Assembly: GCF_006345805.1 (NCBI RefSeq)
Contig: NC_043004.1
Span: 31,682,001-31,746,000 of the forward strand
Origin: Octopus sinensis
Lineage: Eukaryota
Length of the DNA stretch: 64,000 bases
Reading direction: 5' to 3'
Both the position numbers and the translations under genes were made by a program. Of this stretch, positions 12,140-24,828 are shown piece by piece. How positions within the stretch are numbered: position 1 is the first letter of the stretch; each line of letters opens with the position of its first letter. A model generated the notes under the pieces. That model had not been told where the DNA came from. It worked only from the letters and a program-made list of their open reading frames with translations, and searched no databases.

Positions 12140-12251
12140 CTTTAAAATGTTTCTTATTGTATAATAGTATGTACCAAGTCTTCTGGGGATCGGCAAGCCT
12201 TCTGTTTTCTGCAGCACCACCACAATATTCTGGTTGCCGTACTTCGCACTC

Positions 12252-12260
12252 GGAGGGGAG
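12252..12260 (+). promoter_or_regulatory. Polypurine tract
   Basis: GGAGGGGAG 3 nt before the 3' LTR. Confidence 0.8.
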
Positions 12261-12263
12261 CCC

Positions 12264-12680
12264 TGTAGTGATGCTACAGTGTAGGGTTCGGCGCGCATGC
12301 GCAGAATGGGACTACTTCCGGGTGGCCACCGGAAGTCTTCCCCATGCGCATGTGCGGGAAAACATCTCTCGAGCCCGCGAACCTCAAATCTCTCTCTTCG
12401 GCTCAAGACAGCACTGCGATCGGTCACGGTTTTCCTGGCTCTGACAGCCACACACCAACTTCAACCAACTTCAACCAACCTCAACGACCAACACCAGCAG
12501 TATATCAGAGGCTGTCTATTCCCCCATCAGACAACGTACAACCATGAATCAATAAACCAAGTTGTCTGTTCACCTTTAACCTGAGTTTCGTCTGTTTGTT
12601 TTCTACAAGAATTTTGTATGTGACTAGAAAGGATCTCGACACCCTGCCAGTGTTTCGATGATAGATCCTTTCACGTTACA
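12264..12680 (+). repeat. 3' LTR (417 bp)
   Basis: Direct repeat of 7635-8049. Confidence 0.95.
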
Positions 12681-12829
12681 TGTTCATCTTTTTGGTGTCG
12701 ATAAAATAAGTACGGTGATGTACTGGAGTCGGTGTAATCGACTAGACCCCCTCCCTCAAAATTCCAGGCTTTGTGCCTATAGTAGAAAGGATTATAATTA
12801 TTATTGCCACTTCCATCTAACAATCACAA

Positions 12830-15800
12830 GGTCAGTGTTTCAGCAGGCAGATAAATATAAAAACATCTGGAAGCATTCCTGATCTGGTAACTTACACATG
12901 ATTGATTATGTTATCACTAAGAGCAAAGATTGCTGTGATTTCAGATTAACCAGAGCTCACAAAACTCCCAAGTATTATTATTTGGATCACAGAATGGTTC
13001 ACAGTAAGGTATTTATAGCATACCCCTTAGTGAAATCCTCTCTCTCTCTCTGACATATATAACACAAATACGGACGTAGCAGATAACAGCTAACCTTCAA
13101 CTGCTTAGGCCCAGTTGTGTCCACTACTCTGATTGGTTGGTTTTGGTGCAGTTTGTCTCTTGCTTTATTTCACGCCAATGTGCAACCCAACCAATCACAG
13201 CCTTCTGATAAGGCCCCATGACACAGTCTTCCAAATTCTCTTCTGAAGCCTACTAATCTCTATAAAGCTAGTCACAACAAATCATATCTCATCTTTGGTT
13301 CTAGTCCTTCTAAGGACTAACCTCTGACCACAGAGCACTCAGCCATGTTCCAGCGACTCAGCCAGTTCCAGTGACAATACCACCAGCAGTATACAGGACC
13401 TTCACCACCTTCATCTTAACGTCGTCTCCACCACCGTCGCCTTCATCTTATCGACACCAACAACATCTCTAACAACATCTCTACATACACACCAATATTC
13501 ACCCAGGTTTAACTTCTCACTGTTTGTGAATTACTTCACCATGGAGAATTTCCTGTATCAAGTAACCCAGCACAGCATAGAAGCCACAACCGCTTACTCA
13601 ACATGAGTTTCCACCGGCTCTACAATTTGTAGCCTCAACTTCTTGTATAGCACTAACTATTGTGTATCTTACTACGAACTGGTATCTATTTTCATCTTGT
13701 GTCTGAACATTCATCTAGCATCCTATTGTAACCACTTTCTATGCTCTGCATTTTATCTCACACATACACCCTTGTCTGTACACACATACACATTATTGTA
13801 TGCATGACGGCCTGCCTATTATTATTATTATGTACGTACTTATGTCGCACTCACAGATATACACCCTGCTAACATCTAAATAAAATCTTTCTCTTAAACC
13901 TTTTACGCTTGTGTCGTCGTCTTCCTTATTCATTCTGGCACTTGAATTCATTTATCCATATTTTGGCTTTTATTGTAAGGCAACCGTCTGGTGTTTAAAG
14001 GAGTCATTCATTCGTCACCTCTCCTTTTCGCACGGTCGTTCTACATATTTGTTAAACCATATACAAAGAGACTACTGAGATCCAGTACACCATTGAGAAT
14101 GAATGTGTGTTTCTTAAAAATCCAGATAAAGCAAAAACTTTTGAAATGCATCTAAATTCAAAGCTTGAGAACATAGAGGAAAGAAATGATCTTGAAGTTT
14201 TGTGGCAAAATATTTATGACAGCATCAAATCATCTACTGAAGAAGTTCTAGAATTTGTCAAACACAAGCACCAAGATTGATTCAATGAAAATGATTCTCA
14301 AATCAAACCTCTCTTAGAAACTATACACAGAAGACACAAGGTATAGATCTCAAGCAAAAACTTACCATCACTCAGATTCCTATACATTTCCTCTAAGAAA
14401 AACTACTCAGAAAACTGTGTGAGATGAAAAAGTCTTGATGGCCTAAGAATTGGAACAGGCTACTAACTCTCACACCTGAGAGCATTGTATAACAATCTGA
14501 AAGATGTGTTTGGCCCAAAAAAGGGTGAGACAGAACCAATTTTTTCAAACAATGGGTCAAACTCTTAAGTAGCTAAGATGTAATTCTGAAAAAATTAACT
14601 GAACACTTTAAATCAAGAATCCACCACCGATCCTGAAGTAATCAAGGAAATCCTTCAGAGGCCGGTAATTGAGGAACTTGAGGAAGATACTTCCTTGGAA
14701 GAAGTAAGTACTGCTATTAAAAAACTTTCCATTGGTAAAGCTCCTGGACAAGACAGTATTTCCCATAGAAGTGTACAAGCATGATGGTAGACAACTTGTA
14801 AGAAGGTTGTGCAAATCGGTCTGTTTCATTTGGGAAAGTGGATCTGTTCCCCAATAGTTCAAAGATGCATCTATAACACACTTGTACAAAAATGAAGGGA
14901 AGAAGAGTGTATGTGATAACCACAGGGGAATAAATTCTTTGTGCATTACTGGAAAAATTCTTGCAAGGATGATTCTTAACTGCATTAATATGCATGTAGT
15001 AAACAGCATATATTCTGAATCTCAATGTGGATTCTGGACTGGGAGAGGCACAATTGACATGATTTTTTCCCTTCAGCAAGTTCAAGGAAAAGCATGTGAG
15101 CAAATTAGTGACTAGTACATAGTCTTTGTTGACTTGACCAAGGCGTTTCATACATTGAATCATGAGGATCTGGAAAATTTTGTCAAATGTCAGCCTTCCT
15201 GATAAAATGTAAGGTTAATAGTATCTCTGCACAAAGGAATGATGACAACAGCAACATCTAGCAGCCAATGTTCTGAGGCATTTTCTGTCAACACTGGAAA
15301 CAATTAGGGTTATGTTTTAGCTCCTATACTTTTTTCCATATTCTTTTCAATGGTGCTCTAACACATTTTAGGGATTACTGTGAAGGTGTAAAATCCCAGT
15401 TTCACACAGAAAGAAGTCTTCTAATGTAAAAGGGCAAAGTTTCAGATCAAAGAAAAGGATCAAATAAGAGATTCTACATGACTTTCTGTTTGCTGATTAT
15501 AGCACTTTTGATTTGTCATGTGTTTAAAGGAATTCAGGAAACAGTAGCAGACTGTTTGGACTGACTATCAGTCTCAAGAAGACAAGTTTATTCCAACTGA
15601 AACCTGGGGCAGAACATACTTGAGATTCAAATGTAATGATTGATAACAAACAAGCCACTCAACTGGGTCAAGTCATTTAAACATCTTGGAAGTACAGTAA
15701 ACTTGAAAAATACTCTTAATGATGAAATCAATGTTAGAATATCTAAAGCTGTGAATGCTTTTGGAAAACTTTGCCATTGTTTGTGGGATGAACATGGTGT

Positions 15801-16395
15801 CAGTCTGAAAACCAAATTAAGTGTTTGCAAATCTTATATTTTGAGCACAAGCATGGACTCCCTACCACAGTCATATAAAGAAACTTGAAGCCTTTCACAT
15901 GTACATTCTGTGCAATATCTACAACATAAATGACAAGACAAGATATCAAATGTCAAAATCTTAGAAAAATGTGGTATCTCCAGTATCAAAAGCATGCTGC
16001 TGAGAATTCAGTGCAGATGGGTAGGACATGTTTAAACAAAAGATGACTCCGAAAATTCTTTTGTATACCAACAAGTAGAAGGACACCGTGATAAGGGAAG
16101 ATCTATCTTTAGATATAAGGATAAGTTGAATCAATCATTAAAGCCTCTACAGCTTAATCTAACATCTTGAGAAAGTTATAGCCTAGATTCATCTACATAG
16201 CATAAAATGTGTCATGATGCATTCAAACAATTTGAGTTGAAGAAACAGAACAATAAAAGAATTTTATCCTGCAATCAACAGACACATTTTTCCCAATCCC
16301 AGGCAAAATCAAAATCATCAGTGTCTCCATTGTGACTTCATAGCAAAAGCAATACCAGGACTCAAATCATATTTACACATCCATCACAAATAGAT
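12830..16395 (+). mobile_element. Heavily decayed RTE (BovB-like) LINE
   Basis: Endonuclease end (HMIDYVIT...DHRMV), KHQD-FNEND, RGINSL, ESQCGF...RGTIDMIF, SFKHLGS and a C-terminal CLHCDF...H zinc finger; many stops. Confidence 0.85.
13051..14065 (+). mobile_element. Probable solo LTR (~1 kb) inserted into the RTE LINE
   Basis: Interrupts RTE coding sequence; TG...CA ends; CCAAT boxes, TATA-like ctataaag near 13260 and AATAAA near 13878. No TSD recognisable. Confidence 0.45.
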
Positions 16396-16511
16396 GCAGC
16401 TTCTTTTATTCTTTTATTTTTGAAGTTGTTTCTTCTTTGTATCATTTTATTTTTTTTTTGTCTCCTTTTAAATCCTCTCCTTCAAACACACATACATTGA
16501 AATCAACAGGA

Positions 16512-16568
16512 ATGACCACCACCACCACCAGCACCACCAGCACCACCAGCACCACCAGCACAACCATC

Positions 16569-16600
<32 letters not shown>

Positions 16601-16616
16601 CAACAACACCACCACC

Positions 16617-16672
<56 letters not shown>

Positions 16673-16695
16673 TATTATCGCCATCATTATTATTT
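16512..16695. repeat. (CAC)/(CAA)/(CAT) trinucleotide microsatellite
   Basis: Direct inspection. Confidence 0.95.
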
Positions 16696-16699
16696 TCAT

Positions 16700-17245
16700 T
16701 ACTGAGTAAGAGAGCAGTGCATGCATCAAAATGACACTGAGGTAAAATATATGAAGCCCAGTATACCCATCGGATAAGGGTACACTAGGCATATGCATCA
16801 CAACTATATGTGCACAACATGGTTATCTCATTTCAAAATAAACAGTGTGTGACCTTACAAGTGGTACCCAGTTAGAATTTTCTTCAAGTTGAGTAGCCCA
16901 TCCTGCTTAAAATGTCTCTGAATAAGTGTTGTTTAAAGATGTTGAACGAAACACTCATGTTTCCTGAAGTGAATTATTCGAACCCCAAAGAATTCCTCTC
17001 TACACATGGCTATGATACTTCGCCCTCTACTTCTGCTTGTGATCAGAGATGCACATATCATCAGCCACTAAGAGGCATGTGCACCTGGTTATGGTCAAGC
17101 AACTGACAAGCAAATTTGTGGTACTGAGCAGAATATTTGCTGTAGCCCATCTTCTATACCAATACAAAACAATGTACATGATAACACTTCCAATTAGTTC
17201 AGATCAGAAGCCATGAGAGCCACTGCCTGGTACTGCATCAGGACA
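16700..17245 (-). mobile_element. Unclassified interspersed repeat, probable non-LTR 3' end (second partial copy 38790-39030)
   Basis: gagagcag...catcaaa(a/g)tgacactg...cccagttagaattttcttca shared by both copies, each abutting trinucleotide repeats. Confidence 0.6.
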
Positions 17246-18339
17246 TTGTTATCACCATTTCCCTGTTCCTCCTGTCTGTTCTTCTCTCTGCTTTCAACTC
17301 CTACTTTCAACTCCTACTTCGCTGTTTTCAACTCCGACCATCCTTTGTAGTCCATCTGCTGGGTCTCTCAGACTCTCACTAATCCGAGCTATAACTACTC
17401 CAGTTAAGTAACCCTTCTTCCCAGCCACTCTCACTTGGTTCATTAGTTTATTTTCTCACATTAGATACATATCCTTTTCCATCCAAAATTTCAAGGTATG
17501 TCAGCCTACTCTGCAACTTCTTTCCAGCTTTGCTCTATCATGACATTCAATAAGTGTAACGTACTCTTCCTTCATCTACTTATGTCTGTTCTTGCGCACA
17601 CCATGTATGTGATCTCTTGTGACATAATGACCATCTGCGGCCAGATGACTGCCCCTGATGCAGGCAGTTTCAGACATGCCAGGCAGGAAACTTTCACCGT
17701 GATTGGCTATAGTGTCATTCTTGTCATTAATTCTTTCATTGTTGTGTTGTATCATGATTTTATGAGTTGTTCGTGGGGTTCGCATGAGAGTTGTTATTGA
17801 GATCTCTTCTTGCCATAGCGGAGTGAAAGTGAAATATTTTAAACTCAAATATTTCAAGAAGCCCCTATACACAAGAGTAACCCTACCAGGATAGCCCATT
17901 TTCTAAACGTGAACACACATAGCACACAAACTTCACACAAAGAAAAATGCCCTAATGACAAACTACCTCAGCACACAAACATAAGAACACCATGCTCAGA
18001 ACAAAACCAAAAGAATGCAAAATAATGTAAACAAATTGATCACAAAAAAATTTGCCCAAAAGACAAATTCAAGGGAGACAAACATCCAAAAGATGTTACT
18101 CAAGAGTAACGTCCCTTGATTCATTGTTTTATTTATGCAAATTTACGAGAAGCCCCCTAAACAAAACGAAACTATTATCCATGTATTCAGCTTGAAAAAT
18201 TTTCAAGACACTAGGATATTTTCCTACTTTTCTTAACATGAAACCAATGGTAGCCTTAATTCACAAATAAAAAAAATTATATCCACCAATGTGGTGTTGA
18301 GCATTCATTTCCATTGTTCGACATTTACATATATATATA

Positions 18340-18927
18340 TTCTTTTATTCTTTTACTTGTTTCAGTCATTTGACTGCGGCCATGCTGGAGCACCGCCTTT
18401 AATCGAGCAACTCAACCCCAGGACTTATTCTTTTGTAAGCCCAGTACTTATTCTATCGGTCTCTTTTGCTGAACCGCTAAGTAACAGGGACGTAAACACA
18501 CCAGCATCGGTTGTCAAGCAATGCTAGAGGGACAAACACAGACACACAAACACACACACGCATATACATATATACGACGGGCTTCTTTCAGTTTCCGTCT
18601 ACCAAATCCACTCACAAGGCTTTGGTTGGCCCGAGGCTATAGCAGAAGACACTTGCCCAAGGTGCCACGCAGTGGGATTGAACCCGGAACCATGTGATTG
18701 GTAAACAAGCTACTTACCACACAGCCACTCCTGCTGTAAATGCTGTAAATTTAAACTTTGTAAATTGTTAATGCTTCTTTCAGTTTCCATCTACCAAATC
18801 CACTCACAAGGCTTTGGTCGGCCCAAGGCTATAGTAGAAGACACTTGCCCAAGGTGCCACGCAGTGGGACTGAACCCGAAACCATGTGGTTGGTAAACAA
18901 GCTACTTACCACACAGCCACTCCTACG

Positions 18928-18930
<3 letters not shown>
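18340..18930 (-). mobile_element. Chimeric SINE family A: extra head + 40 nt of foreign flank + full SINE
   Basis: Head 18776-18930 is joined at agc to the reverse complement of 1151-1590; (TA)n on both sides. Confidence 0.85.
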
Positions 18931-18968
<38 letters not shown>

Positions 18969-19397
18969 TTTATTTGTGACTTAACAAAGATACCAGTGGT
19001 TTCATGGAGAAAGAAATCTCTTAACGGTTGTTAAGCCTGCCACATGGGAACATTGGTACTCATTTCCATCTTGGATGAGAATACATGAAGCTGCAAGAGT
19101 TTTTACCAGATTTTGGGGGTACATAAAAGTACAGATCATGAGAGGGAACCTTGTCTCCCTTGTATAATCCTTAAGTTCTTTGTAATGAACTCATTCACCA
19201 TGAACTGATTAATTCCTTAATCATTTTATGTGACAATGTTTGTGCATGCCCAAATTTATAAATATAATTATAAATCCACATGTGCACATGCACATCATAG
19301 AAATATGTGTGCACATGCACAAATACGTACACACAAACATATACATACATACACATATATGCATACACACACACCAGAAAAGTGAAAGTTAAACTAC

Positions 19398-19448
<51 letters not shown>

Positions 19449-19599
19449 ATTATAATGTAAGGCTTCAACAAGTAGAAAAGCACTCAGTTAGCTAAGAGCA
19501 TAAAGATAATGTTTTAATAAAAACTACAAATCTTGTTCAATACAGCTACCCAGGATTTCCTTCACTTGCCCACTAATGTTAACTAATATATCAATAACC

Positions 19600-19720
19600 A
19601 ACAGATGACTCAAGCCTGCCCTGAATGCACATGTAGAAACAAATCTAAATGTCCTCTACAACAGAAGTGTAATATACCTTCTGTTGCTTATGAAGCACAT
19701 ATTTCAGCAAACAATGACAA
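19600..19720 (+). pseudogene. Penelope-like GIY-YIG linker remnant
   Basis: CTCRNKSKCPLQQKCNIPSVAYEAHI resembles the PLE CxC-CPL-C-VYxA motif. Confidence 0.55.
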
Positions 19721-19823
19721 ATGGTTTTGTTCTCAACTTGAAAAATGGTGGAATAAATTGTTATTTCAACCAGGAAACCTTGGGCACTTGTATTTAACAA
19801 GACTTGTGGTTTTTATTATAACA

Positions 19824-19862
<39 letters not shown>

Positions 19863-19904
19863 CTATCTTTCTATCTATTTACCTATCTATCCATCTAGCT
19901 ATCT

Positions 19905-20655
19905 CAGTGTCCAGCAATTTCCAACCTGTGGGCTTATGTCGAACGACTGCTGTCACATATGGGACATGTCGGTTTATCAGCCGAGTCTATTGTTAATATC
20001 GTCACGCCTCCTTCCTTCAAACGGAAAGGAAGAGCTATTTTTATCATACTTGTGGCTATGGCGAAAGAATGTATCTGGTGGACGCGCCTGAAAGGATTAG
20101 AGACAAACACTTTCCTCTCTGGTCAATCTCTCATCAACTTCTTCAAGTATCACTTGAAAAGGAAAGTGAGAGTAGAGAGGCAAGTTTTGTCTAGTGAATG
20201 TTTTAAAAAAAGATGGGTGAATGTAGCAAGGATGGCACGTATGAATGACGAAGCCACCTTGACTATGATTCTATGAACCGTAAAAATTAATACAGAGAGT
20301 TGCTTATATGCAAAAAAAAAAAAAAAAAGAAATATAACATGTGACTTCATTGACCGAGGTTACCATGGTCTTTTCCGTAGGCTTTTCTTTCCACGGGTAA
20401 ACCTCACCTGTCCTCCCCTTTACACTTCATATTGACATGTCTGTGATTACGATCCCTATTGATCAACTCCCCTTTTCTTTTTTTCCCTCCCCCATCCTTT
20501 TTTTTTAAATCCTCCCCTTTTTTTGTCCTCTTTCTTTCCTTTTACGATCCCTTTTGATCGAAAACCAACCCCCTCTTTTTTACACCCCCAAAAGAAAAGC
20601 TCTACCTTGTAATTTGTTCTGTCTGTGTGCAGCCCTGTGTGGCTAATAAAGAAAC
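19905..20655 (+). mobile_element. Second Tx1-like LINE 3' fragment
   Basis: WAYVERLLSH...KECIWWTRLKGL...WVNVARMA homologous to ORF 6503-6940; similar 3' end. Confidence 0.85.
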
Positions 20656-20706
20656 ATATCTATTTATGTATGTATGTATGTATGTATTTATCTATCTATC
20701 TATCAG

Positions 20707-20815
<109 letters not shown>

Positions 20816-20818
20816 TAT

Positions 20819-21766
20819 AGGTTGCTTGACCGCAGACTTCGTATTCGATATCTATTCCTTCTGTTTTGCATATGTGAATTGCAGGGTTTGTCATGCCCGG
20901 AGTCCAACTTTGATAGAAATAAGCATTCTTGACTGCTATTTCTATTCTTTCGGTATGCGGTCAAGCAACCTGTTTGCCTGTCCCTTTTTCTTATATACAA
21001 TATATATACTGAACTTTACAGAAGTTCCTGCCGGTAATCGGCTATATTTACATACCGAATTCTACCAGTAAATAATTGGGGTTTTTTTAAAAGCCTTTAT
21101 AGAAATTATTTACTCTTATTATTATATTACTATTTGGATTTTTCACTCCCTTATGACAACCTAATTGTTCCCCATCTTATGGAACTATTTTTGTAATGCG
21201 CATGGCAAAATTTTGGAGGGAAGATTTACGAATTCAAACGTCTATGTAGGTTTAGCTTTTGCTCACTTTCTTCAAATATTTTGATGTCGCATGGTCAGAA
21301 GGTTTGAGGTACGTAGCATTTGATAAATCTATGATAAATCTTTTTCAATGGAAAGCTGTGCTGAAGAAGGATGTGAAATATATATGCAATGTGTATGTAA
21401 TATATATCAAAAATATATATGGAATATATATTCAATATGTTTATAATCCAGAAGCATGATGTTCGCAGATAACCGCCAGACTTCGTATTCGTTATCTATT
21501 CCTTCTGTTTTGCATATGTGAATTGCAGGGTTTGTCATGCCCGGAGTCCAACTTTGATAGAAATAAGCATTCTTGACTGCTATTTCTATTTTTTCGGTAT
21601 GCGGTCAAGCAACCTGTTTGCCTGTCCCTTTTTCTTATATACAATATATATACTGAACTTTACAGAAGTTCCTGCCGGTAATCGGCTATATTTACATACC
21701 GAATTCTACCAGTAAATAATTGGGGTTTTTTTAAAAGCCTTTATAGAAATTATTTACTCTTATTAT

Positions 21767-21770
<4 letters not shown>
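20819..21770. repeat. Two ~300-bp near-identical direct repeats (20819-21125 and 21474-21770) around a ~340-bp spacer; unclassified
   Basis: cagacttcgtattcg...gaaattatttactcttattatt repeated; (TA)n on both sides. Confidence 0.85.
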
Positions 21771-21800
<30 letters not shown>

Positions 21801-21861
21801 ATATATATGAAAAAACAAGTAAAAAATAGAAAATGCTAAAATAATTTTATAGTGAACATTT

Positions 21862-21899
21862 CAGTACCGGTTTCGGTCATTTTGAGACCTTTTCAACTG
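21862..21899 (-). ncRNA. Minimal type-I hammerhead ribozyme (inverted copy of 27670-27707)
   Basis: Exact reverse complement of the motif at 27670-27707. Confidence 0.75.
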
Positions 21900-24828
21900 T
21901 AACGATTAAATAATTAAATTTAGAAAAATTAGAAGAAAAGTTTTTTTAAAAGAATATTTCTATAGTAGTGTTCAGATTTAAGTGGCATTCTGCCTTTCTC
22001 TGACTCCCTTGTTTGCACTTGTGTGTTCGAGGTAGTTGTGAGTTCTTGGTAGGGTAGTAGAGGGAAGGCTGGTGAGGAAAGGGGGGTGGGAGAATCTGGG
22101 AGTGCCCTGATGGTCGTATTTTGAATGGTCAGTGGCGGCTGGCAGTCTCAGTTCAATTCAGGAGAATATTTATATTGACAGGCTTGTTTATAGAATTAGC
22201 GTAGGTGTTATACTAAAAAACATTAGTGACAAACTTAAGGGGTAGGGGGTGGAGAAGAAGAAGAAGAAGAAGAAGAAGGAGAAGGAGAAGATGACGATGA
22301 TGGTGGTGATGATTATGACGACGATGATGATGATAACGATGATGATGAAGAAGAAGAAGAAGGAGGAGAAGGAGATGATGGTGGCGATGATGATGATGCC
22401 GATGATGATGATAACGATGATGATGAAGAAGAAGAGGAAGAAGAAGAAGAAGAAAAAAACAGAGAAGGGAGAATATGAATGGGTGTAAATATAGCTATGA
22501 AGGGGCTGATTAGTAATGGATTCTATGGAGTGTAGTATTTGTGTGTGTATATATATTTTTTTCTTTTATTCTAAAGTTGAGGTATATTAATTGTTTGTCG
22601 TAGACCCGTTAAGAAGTGGCTTGTATTTTGTAATAAAGAGATTTTCTTTACTTATTCGTTGTCTCGAGGTTGTATCGTCCCTAAATTGGTAGAGGGGGAA
22701 AATTCTGAAGTTTGGTGTTTTTTTGTTGGCGCAAGTATCTATGTGTTGGCTAAAAGCTATTTTTCTGTTTTGGGGAATTTTTATCTGGGATCTGTGCAGG
22801 GCCATTCGTTTACGCAAACCATTTTTTGTTTGGCCTATGTACTGCTCTTGACACCCGGAGCAGGTTAGTGAGTATATTAGGTTCTCCGAAGCACATGTGA
22901 AGTTGCTTTTCACTGTAAAACGTTGTCCCTGTTTGAAGGAGAACTCAGAACCCTCGATTAGATAGTCGCATATCCCGCAATTGGGTCTTCCACATTTTTT
23001 TACTGTCGGCTTCTGTGTTGAGGAGTGAATTCGGGCTTGTGTAAGGAGACTTTTCATGGATCTAGGCTGTCTTTTGCTTTTTATGATCGTGTGTGTTTGG
23101 AGGATTGTGTTCATTCTGTGGTCTTTTTTTAGGAGGGGTATGTTGTGGAGGATGGTGTCGAAGGCTTCGTTATTGAGAGGGTTGTGTGTGGAGATGTATG
23201 GTAAGGCTTTTGGTTGTAAGTTTTTCTTTGATTTGGGATGTCTCAGTTCCTTGATGTTAAGTTGAAGGGCACGTTGAATGCATTTGTCAATAAGTGAAGG
23301 TGGATAGTTCCTGGTGATTAGGGTATCTTTTAGTTCTTGTAGTCGTGTGTCTCTGGTGTTTGCGTTAGAGACTATAGTGCATATCCTTTTTGCTAGATTG
23401 AAGGGGATATTCATCTTGGTGTGTCATGAATTGAATGGAAGAACAACAAAGAACAACTATATACTAGCTAATTTCTTCGTTGATATCTTCATCGGTGGAT
23501 TTTATTTTATCCTCATTCGTTTGGGCCCTCAATTTCAGAAGTTCTATTTCCATTTTCATTTTTTCCAGTGCCATTCTCTCCCTGAGGTGTCTTTGTGTTT
23601 CAGGTTCTTCTGTAATAGCTTTGAACTGGAATTTACGTGGGAGGATTAACGGGGTCCGGTTGAGCCATTTTTCGTATATATCCGCTTTGTTGTTGTTTTG
23701 GATCATCTTCCAAACGGCGAACTTTCTATCTCTGAGTGATTTGTTCCATTGTGGTATTATGTGGTGTTTCATTTGGTATGTTGTTAGAGTATTGATCCCA
23801 TATATTGACTCGTTTGGAGGTCCTTGGTTAGCGTTGTTAGAGAAAAATGTTCTAATTGTTTCGCATAAGTTTCCAAGGTTTTCGACAATTTCGGAGGTTG
23901 TATTTTTCGTATCTGTTTCTTCATTGTTCTCTCGATTGGGATCTGTGCAGGGCCATTCGTTTACGCAAACCATTTTTTGTTTGGCCTATGTACTGCTCTT
24001 GACACCCGGAGCAGGTTAGTGAGTATATTAGGTTCTCCGAAGCACATGTGAAGTTGCTTTTCACTGTAAAACATTGTCCCTGTTTGAAGGAGAACTCAGA
24101 ACCCTCGATTAGATAGTCGCATATCCCGTAATTGGGTCTTCCACATTTTTTTACTGTCGGCTTCTGTGTTGAAGAGTGAATTCGGGCTTGTGTAAGGAGA
24201 CTTTTCATGGATCTAGGCTGTCTTTTGCTTTTTATGATCGTGTGTGTTTGGAGGATTGTGTTCATTCTGTGGTCTTTTTTTAGGAGGGGTATGTTGTGGA
24301 GGATGGTGTCGAAGGCTTCGTTATTGAGAGGGTTGTGTGTGGAGATGTATGGTAAGGCTTTTGGTTGTAAGTTTTTCTTTGATTTGGGATGTCTCAGTTC
24401 CTTGATGTTAAGTTGAAGGGCACGTTGAATGCATTTGTCAATAAGTGAAGGTGGATAGTTCCTGGTGATTAGGGTATCTTTTAGTTCTTGTAGTCGTGTG
24501 TCTCTGGTGTTTGCGTTAGAGAATATAGTGCATATCCTTTTTGCTAGATTGAAGGGGATATTCATCCTGGTGTGTCTGGGGTGGCATGAATTGAATGGAA
24601 GAACAACAAAGAACAACTATATACTAGCTACCGTCCCAACCACCGCATTCATTTTTTAGACCCAATACGCAAACACAGAGACACAAGATAGCACCAAACA
24701 AGCAGGAGGAACCAAAAGTAATAAAAATTATTAATCTAACTCACAAGGAACTAACAGCAAACCAAATAAACATACTTTCCAAAGGACTCAAGTTTACACC
24801 CACCCCACAACACCCCAACTACAATGAA

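Larger units (their letters stand above)
7635..12680 (+). mobile_element. Full-length Ty3/Gypsy LTR retrotransposon, CsRn1/Boudicca/Kabuki-like
   Basis: TG...CA LTRs at 7635-8049 and 12264-12680, PBS, PPT, gag, then PR-RT-RH-INT. Flanks show only TGT duplicated. Confidence 0.95.

Noticed and set aside
17250-17900. Possible decayed LINE ORF1 on the minus strand (VRVAGKKGYLTGVVI)
   Set aside because: Similarity too weak to assign without a profile search.
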